A stretch of DNA of 63,786 nt, counting the filler, from Nemertoderma westbladi (Eukaryota > Animalia > Xenacoelomorpha), in assembly GCA_032718475.1 (NCBI GenBank). It is 4 parts of 4 records of this genome, joined end to end, with 100 filler letters (N's around TTAATTAATTAA, not from the genome) between each part and the next. Parts side by side here need not be neighbours in the genome. Positions count along the whole stretch, not along the records: positions 31,756 to 46,869 come from JAUCBJ010004033.1; positions 46,970 to 59,077 come from JAUCBJ010008820.1; 2 more parts are not named here. One strand, written 5' to 3'. The position numbers and the translations under genes were made by a program. Below are positions 37,766 through 52,300 of the stretch, piece by piece. The notes below the pieces were generated by a model. The model saw only the letters and a program-made list of their open reading frames with translations. It did not search any database and was not told the origin of the DNA. Position 1 is the stretch's first letter. Every line of letters begins with the position of its first letter.

Positions 37766-38624
37766 GGTGGGGGGGGGGGGGGGGGGGGGGTGGGGGTACA
37801 CCATTTTGGTTCAATATACGTCGAAATTTTTTTTATGGTCTATTATAATGCACCATTGAATGGTGTTACCAAATCTGAAAACCGCTATTTAATAGCTCTT
37901 AGTTTTCAGTTTATAACAATTTCCATTTAGGGCGACCTATTGAAATTACTATTAGTATGTATAATGGAAGGTCGATTATCTCCAAATATTTTTTTTTATG
38001 AAATTGTCAACTTCAAAACCCTAATACTTCTACAATTTTTGAGTAATTAGTCTGAAAATTTCTGTGAGTGTCTACAGTACATACTACATAGCCACTCTGC
38101 ATAAAAGTCCAGACAACTTTTCTTTTCGAAATTTGTTGTTAATAAAATTTGATACTATTTATAAAAAACCTAAAAAATTTGCATAAATTTGCAGCGCCAC
38201 CTAGCGATGCATAATTATTTTAACAAAATTTCGCCTGATAGTTATGTTGCCCCATCTTTGGTCTATCATATAAAAAAACTATTTTTTTTTAAATAAATAT
38301 TTTATAACTCTTACACATATTAAATTAATATTGTGTGCTTTTACTGTAACATATGCCTATTATTATTATAAAAAAACTTTCATGTGATTAGATTCAAAAC
38401 TGTAAAAGCCTTTGGGTTTTAAGCGCAACCAAGTTTTTTTTATTGTTAACTAGTATTAACTACTATTAAATAGCGAAAAAAAATGTCCTGTCATGTCGAA
38501 TAGCATATTAGGTACCTATTTTCCAAATTATAGCCTCAACCAAACAATTTTTAAACGCTGAGAGTGATAAATCGAAGAGTTGTGCGAAAATGGTGTACCC
38601 CCCCCCCCCCCCCCCCCCCTTCCC
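37766..38624. mobile_element. MITE with TTAA TSD (Kolobok-like GG...CC ends)
   Basis: TTAA|GG(G)nGGGTACACCATTTT ... AAAATGGTGTACCC(C)nTTCCC|TTAA. Confidence 0.7.
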
Positions 38625-41600
38625 TTAAAGGGTGTCTTTGTTGGTAAGTGTGTCTGTCATATAATATCTAATAATATTCAAATTCTTGAATTCTTCCCAT
38701 AATGGTAATAATAATTTATATACCCAAAATTCGGTAAACCATAAACTGTAAAACTTGAAATACCTTAATATAATAAACTGACAATAAAAAACCGCTTGAG
38801 GGTTTAATAGGTAAGTATCGGTTTGAACAAAATGTTGTATTGAGGACAGTTTGATATTGTATTTATGGGAGGCACATAAAACACGGAAGAGTAAGCGATT
38901 ACCAGACTACAGACACTCAGCTGGGTCGATTCATAATGCAATAATAGGCAGCTGGTAAAAGGTTATATTTTATATAACGAAGTTTAGTATTGCCCAGATT
39001 CAAAGTGAAATTTTCCAAAAAAAATTTTATTTTTTTAGTTTTATAGAACTTTCATGTGGTGACGGCGGTTTTCACCATCGATCTATAATAGTGATTAACT
39101 TTGTTTTTCTGATAACTGCATCCCAAGGGGCTTTACTAATCTTTTTTTACGAGATATATTTTCCATATAAAAAAGCCTCAAAATGTATACATTTTTTGGA
39201 AAAATCGACCTGCAGAAAAAGTGACATGTGACATTTTTTTCGATAAAAAACGTTTTACGAATCTGTCCATAATCAGTTTCAACGCGGATCATTGCGTTAC
39301 AATGTCATAACCATAGCTTCATAAATAAATAGATTAATCCCCGTAATTCAGGTTCTATAACTCAAAATTTCCTTTCTATAAAAGTAATACTGTATAAGAT
39401 GGATGCAGCTCCTTTGGGAGAGTCCAGATACCGATGTTAATTGGTAGATAATGTATGTAGGTCAACTTTGGGGTCAAGAACCGAACCGAGTAATATTAGT
39501 TTTACTGCAAGATGTACCGTATATAATGTAATATACACGATAATATCGACATGGCAGAGAGACGGGCGAAACTTGACGTAAATTACATATCAGCGAATCA
39601 ATCTTGTCTCAATGTTAAATTATCAGTTAAGGGAAAGGAGCAGGTTATATTGGTAGGTTATTCTAACCAAAACAATAAACGGAAATTAATAGCAAAGGTC
39701 ACAGTTTCATTTTTGGGACTAATCAGCTGTTATTAGCCGCGATTTTCACCTAGAGAGCCCCCACTCTCTAAAACAAAGTATAATCCACTCTCATTTGTGC
39801 AGTAGGCCTGTATCCCAGTAAATTTATTTTAAGTTCTAACGTCTCTGACTAGGTCCGCTATTATCCAAATTCCAAAATGCGTAGTTAAAGTCTGAAAATT
39901 GAATGGGAAGGTTCTTGTGTTTTGTTCGTTATTTATCTATGAAACTTTTGCATATTAATTCTTGAAAACTTGAAATAATACGCCCCGATTCATTATCGTC
40001 AACTTTTTAGTTTTCATAAACTGATAGTTAAATTACTATTATTTTAAGTTCGGGAATCCTAGATTTATTTTCACTGTTTGCATCTGTAATATAATAGTGC
40101 GATCATGAGTTACCCCTGGGAATGATTTAGTGCAATTATTATTGCCCCAAAATACTACATTTCAAAACAAAGCCATCGACAAATCATTGATTCAAATTAT
40201 TGAAACTTTTAGTAAGCTGTTACGCCCGGAGAATCCAATAATCCATCATATAATTACGTGATATACCAGGTGGCATTTTAACCTGGTTAAACCTTACATT
40301 ACACATTTACTGGACACTATAGCTAAGAAAAATGAGAATTAAGTAATGGACATGTTAAAGATTTGACTTTGGTGCTGTATTATACACTCTTCCCAATGAT
40401 TAAGAGCCAATGAGAGTCAATCACCATGTAATGCAAGAACCAATGAGCATCAATTATCATAATGTGAGGGGCAATAACAACTTCCAGCTGCAGTCAACAA
40501 ATCAGAACGTCAAAAAAACTTAACTTCAGGTCAAGTAGCCAATGATAACCCTCATTCAATAATTGTTTGCATTGCAGTGCCTTAGAAAGTTTACAACACT
40601 GTAGAAGATGCACTTACATTTACAATGATCACATTAAGAGAATAATGGATAAGTTTTTTTTATTTTGTTAAGTTTTGTATTCAAATAACTGTGGAATTAA
40701 ATAAATAAACTACGTTTTACACGTCCAGTAATCAGACCGGATTAACCGTTTTAAGAGATGTCTGGTTTCCACCCACCCATTGTCTACCCCTATCCCTTAC
40801 CCAATGTAGACCACCAGACTGGGTTGAATTGTTTACGAAGCCATTATACAACACTGAACACGATGCAACCGACCCCACCACGAACAGGTTAGCGATAAAT
40901 CGTTCAATTTGTTATTCATATTTTCTTGGTTCAATGTTACTATACGAGTGCATTTGAGGAGTAGACTAGCAAGAGGAATTGAAAGTGACAGTAATTTCGG
41001 TAACGGTACACCTCTACTAGCGTAAGGTCTTGTTCCCACAAACCGAAACCAACAAAAATGTCTGTTCACATTTTACAGAAACATTTTATTTAGTCGAACA
41101 AATCGAAATGTTATGATAATGAGTTTATGAGCTAATAATTTACATGATAGATTGTGTTCTGTCAGCATTAAGGTACTTCCTATAAGCAAAAAATTTCAAT
41201 AAAAAGTATTATTGTTATTAATTAGTAATACAATATATCAACATCAGTTAAAAACTAAACTAACAGTAACGATACAATAGATAAATAACACACACATAAG
41301 TAAATAATGTAACCTAGTATTGAATTTACGACATTTTATTATTGCAAACTATCCTGGTTAACTTGAATTTATACAAAAGAAACATTTCGAATAGTCCAGT
41401 CAATCTTAAAAGTAATTCGCATTCAATCCAAACCATATTTTTAATATTCCATATTTAATTGTTAATGACACAATAAAGTCTATAAAAATTTATTCTGAGG
41501 ACCATAATTGAATTAATTATTCGTGTAAATTATACTCGAATTTGCATAATACAAGCCAAACAATAGGTGAGTAAGTATATCGATTTTGTGTCTTCGGGAA

Positions 41601-42439
41601 TAATTTAATTAATTACACAAGCTGTGATTCAATGGGAAATTAATAAACTAACCTGTCGCACATTTTAATTTAATTGCTATATCTCGGTAACTCAGTTAGT
41701 TACTGGTTGGCGCAAATTGACCGCAAGTGAAAATATAAAGTTCCGTATATTATTTTTAAATATATCAAATATTTCCCTGTATATATTAAGGTAACCGATG
41801 CAATAAATTGCACTGCAAGGAAATTTAATAATTTCCACTGATGTTAGCCAGGATATTCACATAAAATTGCGATTGTTTTATTGATTTTAAGTGCAATTTA
41901 TTTATTTGTTTTAGTTTAAAAATCACAATGGTTCTCCATAAAACGGCCGAAATTTTTTAAGGAAAAGGGGTTAATAAGTATTAACAAATAATTACGTTAA
42001 TAAGATTCCTAGATATTTTACCTTTTTTTCCCTGTTAAGGGATTAATATATTTTTATTGCGTCGAAGCCAACCCCCCCCCCCCCCCCTCCTATCTGGTCT
42101 ATCGATAGTCATTGGACTAAAGTTTGTCTGCACGAAATTCGGGGAAAACACTCCAATGGTTATATTGCGTTGCTATGTTGTAAAATCCATGTTGTTTTAT
42201 TGCTTTGGAAAATAAACATACAATAGAAGGCGATCCACATAATATAATTTTATATCTTTTTTTGTGTTATTATTCGTAAGATACCGGGTAATTATTTCTG
42301 CCCCACATTTTGCATAGATTTACTGGACTATTTCTCTAACATTAAGTACAATGCACGTAGCCTTAAATTCATTGCACGATTTCGCAGAATAAACGAGTAG
42401 CTAAATGATAAATGTTCGGATTACAATGTTTTTAATACT

Positions 42440-44680
42440 TTACAAGAACCAGGTAAGTCTGGCTACATGATCCGACTTCCTCTGAGACGATTTCACGACA
42501 CCGATGTATTGAAGCTCCGACACTGTCTGCATAAACTCGCAATACCCGTCCGTATCCACCACGTTCTGCGACGCGCTCCACTTCTCTGGTATTTCTTCGT
42601 CTCCATCTTCCCCGTCCTTCGGCTTCTGGTGTCGCCGTTTCTTAGCAGGAATAACGAGACTTTCGGAAACTTTCGATATCTCGGATTCCCTGACGGAGAG
42701 ATACGATGTCAACCAGTCGTGTAGGTTGATTAATCGGCCGCATTCCAAATGGAGTCGATAGATCTTGGAGAAATAAGGGAGAGAGCCGGCGATACTGCCC
42801 TTAACGACGTCGCAACAACCGCATTGCAATACAGAGCCGGGGTTCAACAACACCGAATGTATATCGGAAGATATCCCGGGGTTCAGCCAACTCTTTATTG
42901 TTTCTACGTCGCTGTAATACAAGACCTCGTGCAGAGGAAGACTCATAGGTGTCTGCAGGTTATTCCTGAAGTTATCGCGCAAACAATCGATAAACGCTCG
43001 TCTAATCGCCTCAAAAGGAGTCGTTGTATTGGTTTCGGTTTCTCTAATCGATGTCAATAAACTTTTTAATTCCACCAAAGACATTTTTATTCTGGTTCCG
43101 GTTGGTAAATTCACCTTATTTTGAGGATCAAAAAAATTATGGGTATTCGAATCTTTCGTAGAACTATTGCAATCGCCGTCGGTTAACGTGTCAAATTTAT
43201 TTAAATATTCCTCCATGTCGGATTTAAAGGATTGCAGATTATCGGGTTGATTGGAAGATTCGGAAAGGAAATCGAAACACGTCGAAGCGATATTTATTAA
43301 TTCTGGTTTCTTCATCAAACGAAACGCCGAGAATACTTTTATAAATTCCTCCGAATCGCAAATATTTCCTTTCAAATGTAGTAAATACACTGAGTAGAAA
43401 TGTTTACCGATTGGGGCTTGGTTGGGTAAATCTTGGGTTATATTGTGTAGCAGTTTCAGTACCGTGTAGCTAACTGTGCGATTACTGTGTAGTTGTGATA
43501 TAAAAGAGGAAAGTGTCGATTTCATTGAGACATCCTGTGGTTTATCAGTCGAATCTTCTGCAGTTAAAGAGTTCTGGAAAGAGGGAAGTTGGTGAAGAAT
43601 TTTACAATCGTTTGTGTTTAAGTTTGGGGTCGTTGAAGCATCTTGGACGACGGACACAGCCAAGGAATGAGGGCCAAATAAATGGTTAAAAGAAACCATC
43701 TTTAAGATGTGCGCGATTGTTTGTAAGGAAAAATTATGGACTAAGAAATAATCAATAATATAGTCGAGTACTGCTGGAGCGTACAATGGGAACTGGGTCT
43801 CTATAGCTTTATCTATAAGAGCGGACAGATAGACTGGGGCTGAAGGGGCTTGGAACTGGGAGATGGTTAGTTTGGATACGACGTGGTATGGAAGGATATC
43901 GTGGATAACTTCGTCGGTGGTTGAGGCCGCGAATATAAAAGCGCAGGATAAAGTATCCGGCGTGTTGATTGTGTTTAACATTAGTATGAAATCCTGTAGA
44001 ACCAGAGGATCAAAACCCTCAAGGTCCTGAAAAATAACTATGAAACGCGAGTAGGAAGAACATTGCAGAGATTTAACGATATCGGAGATAGTTGGAGTAA
44101 ATCGTTTAACAGATGGTTTATTCGATAAAGATGCGATTTGGTTTAGTGTGAGATTGAGAGCGTGTTTAATACTCGAGCATTTATTGGCACCGAGACGCGC
44201 AACGAATGTTCGACCGTCGGACGTTAAGTTCGCGTAGATGTGGTCGAATAACGCCGTGTGATCCGCCACATTGACGCCACACAGGAGGAGCGCCGACGGT
44301 ATAAAGTCTCTCTTTCCGTCGGAGTTTAAGAATCGGTACAAAGACTCGAGTAACTCGCTGTTAGTAGATTCTATAACCCCGGATACAAGGGATTCTATAG
44401 CGATGTGACATTTGCGAGACAGATTAGAGAGTTTGAGATGTATTCCCTCGAGTTGCTTCCTTTTAAGGTTGATTTTGAGACAGTCCAATTGGTCCCCTAG
44501 TATGGCGGTATGGCTATCGATATTGCTATTCGACTTGGTGGGTGTCTGTAGACCTTTAAGGGAACCGACATTTAACTGGCAACTATTATATTTAGTTGAC
44601 ATAATAAAGGTTAACTTGTTGAAGCTTTGAAGATATGCAAAATTACTATACCCGGTACCGGTAGTAATTAAAATGAACAA
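42440..44680 (-). CDS. ORC3: Origin recognition complex subunit 3, single-exon CDS (true start possibly the downstream MSTKY)
   Basis: IPSALLLCGVNVADH, IVIFQDLEGFDPLVLQDFI, FLVHNFS, LPLHEVLYY, IYRLHLECGRLINLHDWL, C-terminal ELQYIGVVKSSQRKSDHVARLTW. Confidence 0.96.
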   Translation of the reverse strand: MFILITTGTGYSNFAYLQSFNKLTFIMSTKYNSCQLNVGSLKGLQTPTKSNSNIDSHTAILGDQLDCLKINLKRKQLEGIHLKLSNLSRKCHIAIESLVSGVIESTNSELLESLYRFLNSDGKRDFIPSALLLCGVNVADHTALFDHIYANLTSDGRTFVARLGANKCSSIKHALNLTLNQIASLSNKPSVKRFTPTISDIVKSLQCSSYSRFIVIFQDLEGFDPLVLQDFILMLNTINTPDTLSCAFIFAASTTDEVIHDILPYHVVSKLTISQFQAPSAPVYLSALIDKAIETQFPLYAPAVLDYIIDYFLVHNFSLQTIAHILKMVSFNHLFGPHSLAVSVVQDASTTPNLNTNDCKILHQLPSFQNSLTAEDSTDKPQDVSMKSTLSSFISQLHSNRTVSYTVLKLLHNITQDLPNQAPIGKHFYSVYLLHLKGNICDSEEFIKVFSAFRLMKKPELINIASTCFDFLSESSNQPDNLQSFKSDMEEYLNKFDTLTDGDCNSSTKDSNTHNFFDPQNKVNLPTGTRIKMSLVELKSLLTSIRETETNTTTPFEAIRRAFIDCLRDNFRNNLQTPMSLPLHEVLYYSDVETIKSWLNPGISSDIHSVLLNPGSVLQCGCCDVVKGSIAGSLPYFSKIYRLHLECGRLINLHDWLTSYLSVRESEISKVSESLVIPAKKRRHQKPKDGEDGDEEIPEKWSASQNVVDTDGYCEFMQTVSELQYIGVVKSSQRKSDHVARLTWFL

Positions 44681-45900
44681 TTAATTAATTGAATTAAATA
44701 CAAAATTTGAGTGAATGACAATAATTATTATGAATAGTAACTAAAAACTTATACAGTTTATAATTATAGTTGGGCCTACGAAAAACGACATTCAATTCGA
44801 AAATATTTCAAAACTGCTACCGGACCGGTCCCGGTCCCGGTCGCGCTGTAGTTGGGTAGTTAGTCGGGTTACTGGTTGCAGCTGGAAGAAACGCGCAGTA
44901 CCACACTTTTACAGTTCACCAGTTGGCCGCTGCGCTACTGCCTGACCGCAGACCACACTGGCATCAGGCAGTCAGGGCATACAGAGTCTGAACGTTGTTG
45001 GGTTGAAATTGATCATTGAAAAAGTATCATCAGAACCAGTTGCCGGTACTTCTTGGGAGTAAAAAAATATCCCTCTATGGGGCCGTCCAAGTATGACGTC
45101 TGCACTTTTCCCCAAAATGTTGACCCCCTCCCTCCCCTAAATCAGATGTCATCAGATAGACGTTGACCCCCCCCCCCCCCCCTCCCTAAATCAGATTAAA
45201 AAAAATTTGTAATAAACTATTATCAGCAGGATAAAGGTATTAGATTGCATTGGAGGGGGGGTGCACGGGGGCTGGCTGTAGTTACATAGCTTATCTATAT
45301 AGGAAGGTATAGAGTTGTAGTAGGATAGCCTATCGTTTACATACTTCTACCTGATGTGACAGCAGTTTATGAATGATAATAAACAAACAAGCTAATAATA
45401 GGCCTAAATGAACCAGTACTGCAGTCTTTAACAATCATTAGCTTAGGATTAATGTTTCATTTTCAGGCGAACCCCAGTACCTCAGTACCCCAGTTGCACG
45501 CGTCCTAATCACTGAAATATGGTGATTGGTAACTGAAACAGAAGGTCGTGCTAAAAGCTGTGCTCATTATTTTAGTCTATTTGGGACATTATACTGTAGT
45601 AACTCTTTATATTAGAGCAATACAATAGGGCTACTAACTGTAATAACTTTATACGTATTTTTCACTTATTTATACACTTCATATCGTGTCATATTTGATT
45701 CATAAACGGTATCAGTATTAGTAATTAACGCCGTATTACTGTACATTGAGCGAGTAAGTTGTAACACATTTTATTCCAAATTGTACCATTACTCAACGCC
45801 GTTAGTATTAACAGCGAGTTGTTACTGTATTTAGCACTTTACAACTTTAGAGGACATTACAGCATTGTATTGGCCTGTACATTTAGTATTGTATTTGGTG

Positions 45901-45993
45901 TTATTGTTTACGTGGTAACCCATGACGGCGTTAAGTAATCTCCACTAAGGGGACATTACTTAACGCCGTCATGGGTTACCACGTAAACAATAA
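45901..45993. repeat. Perfect 39-bp inverted repeat with 15-nt loop
   Basis: 45901-45939 is the exact reverse complement of 45955-45993. Confidence 0.9.
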
Positions 45994-47186
45994 TAGGTGG
46001 AAATGTGCCTGACGGCCAGATAGGCCTACTGCATTACCTACCTGTAGGCGGGGTATAGCTAATAACCAGTAGGGCCTAGCTATATTATTATAACATGGCT
46101 CCAAACGCCTCCATAAATATACGCTAACTTATTTATAACATAATTTATGTCATTTTTACAAGTAAAGTATGTAAATACAGTTATTACATAGTATAGGCCT
46201 ATAACTTATCACATTAGGTTGTTAGAAACATATCACAAAACAGGCGGGAGGGGGGAGGGGGGGGAGGGGGGGACGCATATCCCATCTCGAGGACTTAATA
46301 TTTCGTTTCTGTTAAATTATCAATTAAGGGAAAGGAGCATGTTAAAGTGGCTTGTTATTCTAACCAAAACAATATACACTTACCGGATGTATTTCGATTG
46401 CGTAATTCCATCTGCACATGATAACAGATCTGCCGTGCATTGTGAAAAGACTTAAAGTCAAAATAAGTCATTTCGAGTAAAACGCAAATTACTGTTTGCC
46501 TTCAGATTGATGGTTTAAAATGTTCGTAAATTACAAATTTTTTATAACCCGACGCAAATAGGCTGGGAAACTTTTATACGTGATTATTTTTCACTTTCCA
46601 TTAATATTTTGACTTCAGGGATATTTTTTGTACTTACGGTGTTTTTGCATTGTACAACCTGTATGTAAATCCGAGATAATTGTCTCAACAGTTTAAATCT
46701 TCCCGCTCAAAACTATCTGTCTGGGGTCTTCTTCGTTAATAATGTCTGGCATTAAGGAAGCACATCACAGAACTATAATTTATTTTTATGTTCGGTAGAA
46801 TCTTGTCTGTCTGACTATTAGTTTGGCTCTGGCTATCTGTACGGTCAGACCTGCAGACATGGAGAGACANNNNNNNNNNNNNNNNNNNNNNNNNNNNNNN
46901 NNNNNNNNNNNNNTTAATTAATTAANNNNNNNNNNNNNNNNNNNNNNNNNNNNNNNNNNNNNNNNNNNNTCTAGAAGACATTCTAATTTGGCGGGTTAAA
47001 CTGCCAAAGGTCTGAAAGCGCGAACAGACATGGTGTAATTATTTCTGTATCTGACACTAATTTCATCATTAGTACAGAAAGTACCGTATACAGTACAATT
47101 GTATGTACAGTAAATATAGGGGTAAATCTTTCCGACCTACGCGTAGCTACAGTACACGTAGTTCGATATGGGGTCATATATCACCA

Positions 47187-47477
47187 GAGCTCTGGAAAAT
47201 GAGGCATTCCCGAGAAATTTTACATTTTCTAAAAACCACATAATCTGTCGTAACTGACGTCAGGCTGCATGATTTTTCACCAAACTTTAAAAATTTCTAA
47301 ACTTTCCCTCTACTACTTACCTACTAAGTTTGGTTCAATTTCGAATCAGCGATGCCGAGAAATTTGCGTTCAAAGATTTACCAGACAGACGGACAGACAG
47401 ACAGACAGACGGACATGTCCCATTTGCCCTATATGAACCGTATGCCAAGGCTCGCCGACTACGTGTCTCGCCCCACA
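47187..47477 (-). mobile_element. TGTGGGGCGAG-family element, partial, (GACA)n subfamily
   Basis: Reverse complement closely matches 51913-52203. Confidence 0.75.
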
Positions 47478-47479
47478 TT

Positions 47480-48140
47480 TGATAATTATATGAATTTCAA
47501 GAAGCAGATTTCTATGACTGTCCTTAGCGCCTTTTTCCAGCTCCGCAACCTCTCGAAAGTCAAGCGCTGATTCGATAGCAAGATAGCAGTTTTTTTTATT
47601 GATACTGGCGTAATTAAACTAAACTAAACTAAGACTCTTGAAATCATTATCCATGCTCCGATAACCAGCAAACTCGATTATAACAACGCCCTCTACTACG
47701 GTTTGCCTTGGATCATCGTGAAGAAACTTCAATACGTCCAAAATTCTGCGGCTCGTCTTCTAACTGGCACACGTAAGACTGAACGTACAGTATAACACCG
47801 GTGCTTAAAAACCTCCACTGGCTTCCAATCTTACGCACAATTGACTTCAAGATCGCTCTGCTTACCTGCAAAATGTGTAAACAACATTGCACCTGACTAT
47901 CCAAATCTAATAGACCTCATACATCGGTACAGCCAGTCACGCCTATTGCGCTCGTCCAATCAATGTCTGCTCGAGATTCCCCGCTACAATCTTGAAACTT
48001 ATGGCCGGAAATCTTTTTCAGTTGCAGCCCCTACACTATGGATTTCCTTGCCCTTCCGCATTCGGTCAGCGCCCTCAGTTGATATGTTTAAGAAATTACT
48101 AAAGACCAAAATCTATTCAACATTGCATTATTATTATATA
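47480..48140 (+). mobile_element. Degenerate L2 LINE 3' fragment
   Basis: Frameshifted LEIIIHA..KLDYNNALYYGLP..LQYVQNSAARL..HWLP..GRKSFSVAAPTLW..FKKLLKT, same family as 4786-5277. Confidence 0.85.
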
Positions 48141-48974
48141 CTGTACATACTACAGTATGAATATATTACACATATACTACATATTATATACAGTATGAAT
48201 ATAGTAAACATATACTACATACTACAGTATGAATATATTACACATACTACATTAGTACTATACAGTAAACGGAATATAGTAAACATACTGTATGCTGTAC
48301 TATACACAGTATATTACCTACAGTACTATTTATATAAAAATTTGTGGGTGTACCCGGATGATAATATTTTTAGATTAAATGTTTGTATGGCGGTATGGGA
48401 ATCAATCGATGGGATGTGTATCACATACAGTAGGCCCAACAGGAAAGATAACCTGCACAATAATACTGTACAATAATCTTATCTGATACATACGATCCAA
48501 TACGCTTTAGATTGAAATTTACTGTTCTATAGATAGATTATTTATTGTATACAAAGCCGAACTTTGTTCGTTGCTACTGGATATTTCATCGAACGTTATT
48601 GTAATAAAAATTATCTGTATTTATATTCAGAAGAAGTGTCGCATAAACAGTTCGTATCCGACAATTAGTTCATTACATTAATAACAAATTAACGCAGGGC
48701 CAAATTTTCATACGTTAGCCTAACTCTCTAATGTACTATTTTAGCAAATTGTACAAGTTAGCCGTCATAATTAGTGAACAATGTGATATTCTTATCATTA
48801 TTGATATATTTACCGGTACAAACGTTTTAAAAACATTGATTTTATAATTCGAGCTTTCTATGCTTGCAGTTACTAGCGCAGTTTTACTGTTTATACTGAA
48901 ACATTGTCCATTTGGTTTGTATACAAACAGTATTTCCCCGGATATCAATCAACGTTTTTACCTAAAGTACAAAT

Positions 48975-49314
48975 TGTGGGGCGAGCCACGAAGTGAGCGG
49001 AGCCTTAGCATGTGGGTGCCATTGGCGAGTTGTCTGTCGACGTCGTCTGTCGTCGTCGTCTGTCGTAAATTTTGATCGCTAACAACTCGGTTATTCCTTG
49101 ATGAAAATAAATTAAACTTGGTATGTATGTAGTCCGTCAAAAGTTTAGAAAGAATCTAAAGTTTCGTCAAAAACGAACGAATGCAACGAAGCACAAGAGG
49201 AGGACGAGTATTGTGTTGAAGACTTCTGACTAACGGCATACAAATCGTTAATGGTACCCATATGCTAAAGGCTTTGCTCACTTTGTGCTGCGCGAAGACC
49301 CCACGAACGTGTTT
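48975..49314 (+). mobile_element. Short complete TGTGGGGCGAG-family element (~340 bp)
   Basis: Both family ends present: TGTGGGGCGAGCCACGAAGT.. and GTGCTGCGCGAAGACCCCACGAACGTGTTT; (GTC)n tract. Confidence 0.7.
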
Positions 49315-49350
49315 CATATGGAAATTAATATACTGTAGTTGTGTTATAGA

Positions 49351-52300
49351 ATGGTAGAAGAAAAAATCATTAGAGAAATTTCTGTTCTTCCACAACATCA
49401 ATATGTTGGGAGAGCAGCTGTGGAGGAAGAAAAAGGTAGACCACGTTACCAGGGAGACCAAGCAAATTTGGGGGGACCACGGCAGCACACTGCGGAGGTG
49501 ATATTCCTGGGTCGCTTCAGGAATGTGGAACGATTATCTCAAATAGAAAAACTGTTTTTAGCGGTTTCGTTAACAAACGTATCAATCTGCCTAATAATAA
49601 CTTTCATAAAGACATTACCAATACCTAGTCCTGCGGACCCAGTGGATTTTACTTTGGCCTTGGTGTTGTTTATCAACACAATGTTCTGCGGCTTCTACGT
49701 CGTTCATGGAGTGTTGCGGGAGAGAGTGTTTGAGGTCATTGCGGTAATACCCGCTTTGTTCGTTGTCATGGGTTACTGTATAGTCGAATACGCTTATAAT
49801 AAAAACACAAAAGGGTGAGTAGAACATAAACTAAAAAATAGCTAATTATTTACCGATCGTGAGCGAGTTTAATAAAGATAATATTGAAAAACAAAATGTA
49901 CAATTTCATTTGTCTGTCAATTCTTTGATAAAAGATAGAACGATATAGTCTTAAAAAAAAATTGAACTGCAGGATTTTACTATATACATAGCTTTCATAG
50001 ATACTGCGATTCAAATTACTGTACTATTGAACTCCTGATGCTGCCTTACTCAATGTTAAATAATTTAGTGTTTTCGAATATTTATTACGTAACTAGAGAG
50101 CCACTAGAAAGTATTACGGTAAATCTTATTAATTTATGGAACACATTACCGGTTCACGTGACAAGTTCAAAATCACTCCAAATTTTTAAAAATCAATTGA
50201 AAAAAATATTCCATGTAAAATTTGAGCGGAGCGAGGTGACGATAAATAGTAATATATAATAAAATGAACACGAACCGCAAAATAAACACAAAATTCAAAA
50301 TATAAAAAACCTGCACCCCCAACAAATTAATGTTTAATAACAAACTATCTTTAACAATTACCTACCTATTGTTTACGTTTATTGTGCTGTGTAGTGTACT
50401 ACCGTTTAGTTAGGAATTATTAGATTCAGTAGCTTATATGTATATTTAGTTAGAAACATGCATCATAGATACATGCCGCCCTGTGACACTTATTCAGTCA
50501 ATTATCAGTAGGTACCTCGTGTACAAACTGCCTCATGTATGTTTTGTTGCATAATGAGTTTTACTGAATAAAAGAATTAATGAATGAATGAATGAATCAG
50601 CAAAGTCTAGATCAGTTAGGTACTTATTACGTAACTAGAGAGCCGCTTAACTACATAAACCAATATTGGATATTGAGTTCCGTTTTGTTTTGAGTATCTT
50701 GCAGACACTAAAGTTGCAATAACTTTTGAGTGTGTGCATGGATTTTGCTCAAATTACGTGCAAACCTTTTCTACTTCGACGCTATTTCCATACATGCAAT
50801 AAAATTTTAAAAAATTTAACAAAAAAATGTATTATTTTACTCTTTTTCCCTAAGGAAAAAATTACTTCCTTCTTTTCCCGAGATTTGAGCGAAAAGGAAG
50901 AATTTAAGATTAAAATATTTTGGCTAAAATACATGTTTTATAACATTTGAAAAAAATGAATTTACAAATTATGATATAAATAATGACAACAATTGGCCTA
51001 GAACATCTTTATTAGATTCTTCCGGTAAGAAATATTACTGTGCACCCTTACGACTACTTCTGTGCCCATCCAGTGCATCAGTTTATCGTTTCAAATAAAT
51101 AATTTTTTTTTAATAATACCCACAGTGATACTCTGAAACTGATCAGATTGGTTGCGGTCTGCATTCTGGCGCCACCCAATATGCTTTTATCGGCCGCAGT
51201 TGTCAAGGAATTCGGATGGTTTGCCTTTCAGCAAGTTGGATCTTCTCAACTGATGCAGTATATGTACCGTCACGCAATGCTATTCGTTACCTTGATAAAG
51301 TTTGAACTACAGGTATGTAAAGTAAGGATCCGTAACTCTATAACGTGATGAGACGGCTAAGAGAGAAAGTTGTTAACAGTACTACATATTAATAACAGTA
51401 TAATAGAGAACACGAGTGGGGCCTTCGTGCAGAAAAAGCTACAAGACATCTTAGCGAACAATAATTATAATTATACTATGGCATGGCTAGTTATGTCTTG
51501 GTTTCCGCCACACACAACCCCTTTCAGAACAATGCCAAAGTATAATTATACAGGTTTATACACTGATGGCTCGCAGTTTTTGACTCGCCCCACATACAGT
51601 CTGAATCCGACACACTATTACGCTCAACAAACGAATATAGGGCCTAGGCCTACTGTAGTAAATTTATAAGACGGGGTTCACATTTTGCGGTGGTTTTGCG
51701 TCCCATTTTTACAGCGCTGTCATCGTGTGTGTTGTAAGTGTGTGTGGACCGAGGTAGTTCGCTTAAGGCTCGCACTTCTGAATCCCCCCACTCACATGCA
51801 CAATGCAATGCTTATTGTTGCTATTAATATATTATAGGGAATCATATTTTGACCCACAGTAGGCCATGAAAGGCTATAATCGAACATACAGTATTATAAT
51901 GAACATATTGTATGTGGGGCGAGACACGTAGTCGGCGAGCCTTGGCATACGGTTCATATAGGGCAAATGGGGCATGTCCGTCTGTCTGTCTGTCCGTCCG
52001 TCTGTCTGGTAAATGTTTGAACGCGAATTTCTCTGCATCGCTGGTTCGGAATTGAACCAAACTTAGTAGGTAAGTAGTAGAGAGAAAGTTTAGAAAGTTT
52101 GTAAAGTTTGGTGAAAAATCATGCAGTCTGACGTCAGCTACGACAGATTATGTAGTTTTTAGAAAATGTTAAATTTCTCGGGAAGGCCTCATTTTCCTGA
52201 GCTGAAATTTTGGTGGCCTGTAGAGAATCATGAAGTCTATCTTTTACGAAATTGAAAAGTTAAGACATTTAATTGGGGATCCGCTAGAGACTCAGAAGTA

